DNA of 64,000 bases from an uncultured Candidatus Saccharibacteria bacterium. GTDB taxonomy: Bacteria > Patescibacteriota > Minisyncoccia > Phycocordibacterales > CAIZLB01. Below, in pieces: positions 59,502 to 64,000 of the stretch (positions are counted from its first letter, which is position 1; each line of letters opens with the position of its first letter). Under the pieces are notes generated by a model. That model saw only the letters and a list, made by a program, of their open reading frames with translations. It ran no database searches and was not told the DNA's origin. The stretch spans positions 568,126 to 632,125 of the forward strand of contig CAZKAF010000001.1 in assembly GCA_964550955.1 (NCBI GenBank), in the 5' to 3' direction. The position numbers were made by a program, and so were the translations under genes.

Positions 59502-61358
59502 CTACAGTATATCAATAATTCGCAGCCTGTACTCCGGAAACCCCCTGAACATGGACTTTTCCATATGCGCCACCAAGTCGATAATTGCGCCGCTTGCCGC
59601 TTTTTCCTGCATTCTCTTATCTCCGGCCGAGAAGAACTGAATGGCCTTAACTTTTGCATCATCATGCATGATTGTCAGCTCGACATGCTCTTTTGTCTTG
59701 CCGAATATCTTGTTTTCAACCACCGTCACGTCTTTGAGCACGAAAACGGGCTTAGGGTTAGCTTCGCCAAAAGGACCAACTCTTTCAAGCTGCGACCACA
59801 GATTCCGTCCGACTTCGCTCGTAAATATAACTTTGTCTATTAAAATTTCTCCGGACACTGACTGCTGCTGATTTCCATCGAGTCCCTGCTGGTCATCCGC
59901 GAGAGCGAGGGCGGCAGACGCGGCCGTTTCGGCGCCGCTGATCCTCTTGTATGCATCCAGAATCTTCTCTTCGAAGAAATGTATCTTTTCGCTTGAGACG
60001 GAATATCCTCCCGCGGCGACATGCCCGCCAAGATTCAAAAACAGCCCTTCAGTTTCCGGCACCTCTCGCATGATCTGCACGACGTCAAACCCGTCCGGTG
60101 CGCGGCATGAGCCCTTGATGACTTCGTCTTCGCCCCTCCCCCATAAAAAGACAGGCTTGCCATACTCCCGCACGATGTTTGTCGCGACGAGTCCGAGCAC
60201 GGGCGGCTGCCAATCGGGATTGCCGACGACTATAATGTCCTTATCCTGCAAGCCCCGTTCCTCGATGCTCTTCTTTATCGCTTTTACAAGATGAGCCACG
60301 CGGGTTTTTCGTTCCGTATTAAGATGATTGAGATGCTCGACCATCGCGGCCGCTTCGCTGTCATCCGTCGTGGCTAAAAGCCTGAAAGCATCCATAGGGC
60401 TCGCCATTCGGGATGCCGCATTGATGCGCGGAGTGATCATGAAGCTGATATCCTCCTCATTCATGTGCGCCGGGTTTATCTTGAGAGATTTTAAAAGCTT
60501 GATGAGGCCAAGACGCGGAGTCTTGCGAAGCACCGTAAGTCCGAAGTATGCAAATATGCGATTCTCTCCTCGGAGCGGCACCATGTCGGAAAGCGTTGCG
60601 AGCCCTACCATATCAAGGAGCCATTTTTCCCAGCCTTCTTTTATTTCTGGGAAATTGGAGAAATTAGACGCGGATTTATCGGCACTGTCTTCGACGGATT
60701 TTTGCCCAGCTTTTTGCCCTTCTCGAATAGTCTGGCATAGAGCCTGCACCACCTTGTATATCACGCCGGAGCCGCAAAGCATTTTCTCCGGGTACTGGCA
60801 GTCAAGCTGTTTTGGATTAATGATTGCAAATGCATCAGGCAATACTGCACCGGGGCTATGATGGTCCGTGATAATGAGGTCTATGCTCGCAGATCCGTCC
60901 GCTCGAAGGGTCTTGGCGGCCTGAGATTTAATCCATGCCGAATTTTCTATCTCAGCGATTCCGCAGTCTATGGAAATAATCAGGGTCGCTCCCCGCTCGA
61001 TAATCTGTTCAAGTGCAGGTCTGTGAATTCCAAACCCTTCGACATGCCTGTCGGGAATATAGTGAAACGTATTTGTATATGAAATCTTCTTAAAAAAATC
61101 ATGAAGGACCACGGCGCCCGGAATGCCGTCCGCATCAAAGTCGCTATAAATGCAGATTTTCTCGCCCTGGGCAACGGCCAGAAGTATCCGATCAGCTGTT
61201 TTTTGCATATCCTTTAGGAGAAACGGATCATGACACCCTTCATCGTAGTTCGGGCTCAGGAATGCGATCTTTTCAGTAGGATCCGTAATGCCGCGCGAAT
61301 GAAGCAGATAATCCAAGAAACTGCCGTCTTCCAACGGTCTTAATTTATAGGTTGCCAT
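59502..61358 (-). CDS. recJ: single-stranded-DNA-specific exonuclease RecJ
   Basis: DHH motifs (YSDFDADG, DHH), DHHA1 region, C-terminal OB; 618 aa. Confidence 0.8.
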   Translation of the reverse strand: MATYKLRPLEDGSFLDYLLHSRGITDPTEKIAFLSPNYDEGCHDPFLLKDMQKTADRILLAVAQGEKICIYSDFDADGIPGAVVLHDFFKKISYTNTFHYIPDRHVEGFGIHRPALEQIIERGATLIISIDCGIAEIENSAWIKSQAAKTLRADGSASIDLIITDHHSPGAVLPDAFAIINPKQLDCQYPEKMLCGSGVIYKVVQALCQTIREGQKAGQKSVEDSADKSASNFSNFPEIKEGWEKWLLDMVGLATLSDMVPLRGENRIFAYFGLTVLRKTPRLGLIKLLKSLKINPAHMNEEDISFMITPRINAASRMASPMDAFRLLATTDDSEAAAMVEHLNHLNTERKTRVAHLVKAIKKSIEERGLQDKDIIVVGNPDWQPPVLGLVATNIVREYGKPVFLWGRGEDEVIKGSCRAPDGFDVVQIMREVPETEGLFLNLGGHVAAGGYSVSSEKIHFFEEKILDAYKRISGAETAASAALALADDQQGLDGNQQQSVSGEILIDKVIFTSEVGRNLWSQLERVGPFGEANPKPVFVLKDVTVVENKIFGKTKEHVELTIMHDDAKVKAIQFFSAGDKRMQEKAASGAIIDLVAHMEKSMFRGFPEYRLRIIDIL

Positions 61359-61425
61359 GCGGATATGATTTTACCATATTGTCCGGCTTTATTACTTGCC
61401 AATTCTGTCATACAATGAGCGGCAT

Positions 61426-61896
61426 ATGACACAACAAACTGAAAACAAGGATGGCAGCTTGAAAACTGACCATTCTTCCGAAGAAAGCTGCATTTTTTGC
61501 AAAATAGTCCAAGGCTCAATCCAGGCAGTGAAAGTATGCGAAGACAGCGAAACCGTGGCCTTTCTGGATATCGGTCCGGTAAACAACGGACACGTGCTGG
61601 TAATTCCGAAGGAGCATTACGAAAACGTCTATTCTGTCCCCGTCGAGACATGGTGCCGAATCATGATGACGGTGCAAAAAGTCGCCATTTCAGTCAAGAA
61701 TGCCATGGATGCTGACGGCGTGAATATCATCGTGAACAATGAGAGCGCGGCAGGGCAAATCGTCTTCCATTCGCATGCGCACGTAATTCCGCGGTTCAAC
61801 GAAGACGGCCTCAGGCACTGGCCTCACCAGACATACAAAGACGCGGAGGAAATGAGCCTGGTCGCGGACAAAATCCGAACGGCGCTGGAGATGTAA
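61426..61896 (+). CDS. HIT-family (histidine triad) protein
   Basis: CIFCKIV...GHVLVIPK...HSHAHVIPR (HxHxHxx). Confidence 0.75.
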   Translation: MTQQTENKDGSLKTDHSSEESCIFCKIVQGSIQAVKVCEDSETVAFLDIGPVNNGHVLVIPKEHYENVYSVPVETWCRIMMTVQKVAISVKNAMDADGVNIIVNNESAAGQIVFHSHAHVIPRFNEDGLRHWPHQTYKDAEEMSLVADKIRTALEM

Positions 61897-61981
61897 TCAG
61901 GACAAGAAAGTTTCGAACACCAAGAAAGCACGAAGCCGCCCGGAGCTTAGATGTCCCCGGGCGGCTTCGTGCTTAAGTTAC

Positions 61982-63262
61982 CTATTTCAAAGCCTCAATC
62001 CCAGGCAAAGATTCATTGAGAAGATACTCGAGCATCGCCCCGCCGCCGGTTGAAACGAACATGGAACGCGGCTCGCCCGCCTCCTCTCCAGAATCGTCAT
62101 CAAGCCCGAGCTCGGCCACGGCCGCAGTCGTATCCCCGCCTCCAAGAATTGCCTTGAGCTTATGGGTGCCATTCTTGCTCGCCTCATCTACAAGCTTGGC
62201 AATGGCAACAGTCTGATCCTTGAATCCTTTCTCATAGTTGCCCATCGGCCCGTTCCATAAAACGAATTTTGCGTCAGCCAGCTTTTCAGCCAGAACAGAA
62301 ACGACAGAAGGTCCTGCGTCATAAATAACGTCGGTCGAGAGCACGTCTTCCAGTTTCTTAACCGAGACCGCGCCGTCTTCCGCCATAACCACGACATCGC
62401 TCGGAATGATAAGGCTCTCATTGTTCACGACATCAGATATGTCAACCAAGCCCGAAGAGACCAGAGACTTGCCTACTTCAAACCCCTTGGCTTTGAGAAC
62501 GTCGTTAAGAAGCGCGCCGCCGAGAACGATGGCGTCCGCTGACTTTTCTCCGGTACTGAATTTTTTAATAAGCGGAAGCTTGGATTCGAACTTCGCGCCG
62601 CCGAGAATGAATATGAAAGGCCGCGGAGAATTGAAGGCGAGACTGATAGCCTTGATCTCGTTCATCATTTGAATGCCCGCGAACCTCTTGTCGACGGCAA
62701 ACAGGCTGGGCAACGCGACGACTGAGGCATGCGCTCGATGCGACACGGCAAATGCATCATTTACATAAAATTCTGCGCCGGTGACATCGAGAAGCTTTTG
62801 AGCAAACGCAAGGTCGTTTTTCTTCTCCCCTTCATTCACTCGAAGATTTTCAAATAGGATGACAGAACCGTTTTGCATCTCTGAAATCTTCCGCGCTGAT
62901 TCATCGCCCAGAAAATCCTGAACGAAGCTGAACGTCCGGCCCAAAGTGCCGAATGCATCCGCGTGCTTTTCAGATACATGCTTTGCGACAGGCTCAAGTC
63001 CCAAACCGTCCTTGTTTTCGATATGAGAAATGAGAACGATTCGCGCGCCTGCCGACCGCAAGCATTCGATGGTCGGAACGGTCTTTCTGATTCGAAGATC
63101 GTCTATGACAGTTCCGTCCGCCTTAAGGGGAATATTGAAATCGCACCTGACCAAAACTACTTTGCCTTCCAGCTGGCTGGCCGAAAGCTCTTTGACGGAT
63201 TTCACTTCGGCGCTTGCTTGCGCCTGCTCCGCATCATCTTGCCTATTTTCTTGGTCGCGCAT
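61982..63262 (-). CDS. pgk: phosphoglycerate kinase
   Basis: VLVRCDFNIP N-terminal motif, full-length 426 aa. Confidence 0.9.
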   Translation of the reverse strand: MRDQENRQDDAEQAQASAEVKSVKELSASQLEGKVVLVRCDFNIPLKADGTVIDDLRIRKTVPTIECLRSAGARIVLISHIENKDGLGLEPVAKHVSEKHADAFGTLGRTFSFVQDFLGDESARKISEMQNGSVILFENLRVNEGEKKNDLAFAQKLLDVTGAEFYVNDAFAVSHRAHASVVALPSLFAVDKRFAGIQMMNEIKAISLAFNSPRPFIFILGGAKFESKLPLIKKFSTGEKSADAIVLGGALLNDVLKAKGFEVGKSLVSSGLVDISDVVNNESLIIPSDVVVMAEDGAVSVKKLEDVLSTDVIYDAGPSVVSVLAEKLADAKFVLWNGPMGNYEKGFKDQTVAIAKLVDEASKNGTHKLKAILGGGDTTAAVAELGLDDDSGEEAGEPRSMFVSTGGGAMLEYLLNESLPGIEALK

Positions 63263-64000
63263 TTTTCTTGTTGTTCTTAGCCTTGGTAAACGTTTTCTTC
63301 AGCGCCTTCGCGGAATGCATCTTCTCAGCTTTTCCGAGCACGTCGAAAATTTCTATGAAATCCTTGGATTCCCAGCTCGCCCGCCCGATAAGCAGCCCGT
63401 CCACCTCTCCGTTAAGCACGATATCTTCCGCATTATTCGCGGTAACGGAACCGCCATACAGGACCTTCATCATTGATGAAATAGTTTCTCCCCACAGCTC
63501 TCTCAGGCATTTTTTTATGTAAACCACCATCTGATGCAAGTCATATGACGTAATGGCGACATTGTCTTTTCGCCCGATAGCCCAAACCGGCTCGTACGCT
63601 ATGGTAACTTGGTGAAACTGCGACCGGCTAACCGTGGACAAGGATTCCTTGAGCTGGGCCTTGATGACCTCGAGATAGCCGCCGTCCTGATCGCGTTCCT
63701 TTTCGCCGATGCAAAGGATAACCTGCATTTTCGTCTTGAGCGCCTGCTGGATTTTCAAGGCAATCGTCTGTCCCGTGTCGCCAAGCTGCCTTCTTTCAGA
63801 GTGTCCGACTATGGCATAGCCCGCGCCGGCGCTCGCTATCATCTGAGCGGCAACTTCTCCGGTCTTGGAAAGGCCTTCCTCGAAGATCGAAACGTCCTGA
63901 GAGCCTACGGCCACCCTGACCTTTCCTTTGCCGGCCAAATCCGCGAGAGGAGAAATGAATGGAAATGGCGGACAGATGACGACGTCGAAGCCCTTATGAG
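63243..64000 (-). CDS. tpiA: triosephosphate isomerase (5' end beyond window)
   Basis: AIVGHSERRQ, IAYEPVWAIG. The frame stays open upstream to the window edge (..VVICPPFPFISPLADL..), so it is partial. Confidence 0.85.
   Translation of the reverse strand, partial: HKGFDVVICPPFPFISPLADLAGKGKVRVAVGSQDVSIFEEGLSKTGEVAAQMIASAGAGYAIVGHSERRQLGDTGQTIALKIQQALKTKMQVILCIGEKERDQDGGYLEVIKAQLKESLSTVSRSQFHQVTIAYEPVWAIGRKDNVAITSYDLHQMVVYIKKCLRELWGETISSMMKVLYGGSVTANNAEDIVLNGEVDGLLIGRASWESKDFIEIFDVLGKAEKMHSAKALKKTFTKAKNNKKNARPRK

Noticed and set aside
1-64000. CRISPR arrays, IS elements/transposases, integrases.
   Set aside because: No regularly spaced identical repeats with unique spacers, and no transposase or integrase-like ORFs, were seen anywhere in the window.

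Overview
This 64 kb window is a chromosomal segment with strong housekeeping content and a Candidate-Phyla-Radiation (Patescibacteria/Parcubacteria-like) flavour. Genes are compact, GC is moderate (about 48-50%), several promoters look leaderless, and L30 is missing from the spc operon. The evidence is motif-level reading only; no searches were run.

Housekeeping content on the minus strand:
- tuf followed by the S10-spc ribosomal cluster rpsJ-rplC-rplD-rplW-rplB-rpsS-rplV-rpsC-rplP-rpmC-rpsQ-rplN-rplX-rplE-rpsN(Zn type)-rpsH-rplF-rplR-rpsE-rplO-secY (42.7-31.8 kb).
- A fragmented str operon: rpsL, rpsG, fusA, tuf with insertions between them.
- adk-map lie 7 kb away from secY.

Other recognisable genes: infC-rpmI-rplT, rpmB, ftsH, smpB plus tmRNA, one tRNA (anticodon TAT), cspA-like, ndk, pgk and a partial tpiA.

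Accessory content:
- A GT2 / DedA membrane cluster.
- CYTH, HD, PLD, histidine-phosphatase, LOG-like, 2-hydroxyacid dehydrogenase and O-methyltransferase genes.
- Three paralogous TrmB-like HTH regulators, each next to an MBL-fold hydrolase or a radical SAM enzyme.
- An ECF sigma factor with a DUF5667-like anti-sigma protein.
- A 976-aa TraD/VirD4-like P-loop ATPase.
- A DNA uptake and processing cluster: split ComEC (membrane part and MBL part separated by sodA), RNase H with a C-terminal HBD, and RecJ.
- A Mur-ligase gene and a site-2 protease.

Most interesting unexplained signals:
- Two GC-rich ORF-less regions bounded by consensus promoters and terminators (3.2-3.6 kb and 44.9-45.3 kb), which are candidate structured ncRNAs.
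- A 325 bp insertion with an internal consensus promoter between rplB and rpsS.
- Tandem ~56 bp repeats upstream of rpsL, and a 2 x 51 bp repeat upstream of adk.
- A 7 kb accessory island (radical SAM, two TrmB, RNase Z-like MBL, sigma/anti-sigma) wedged between secY and adk.
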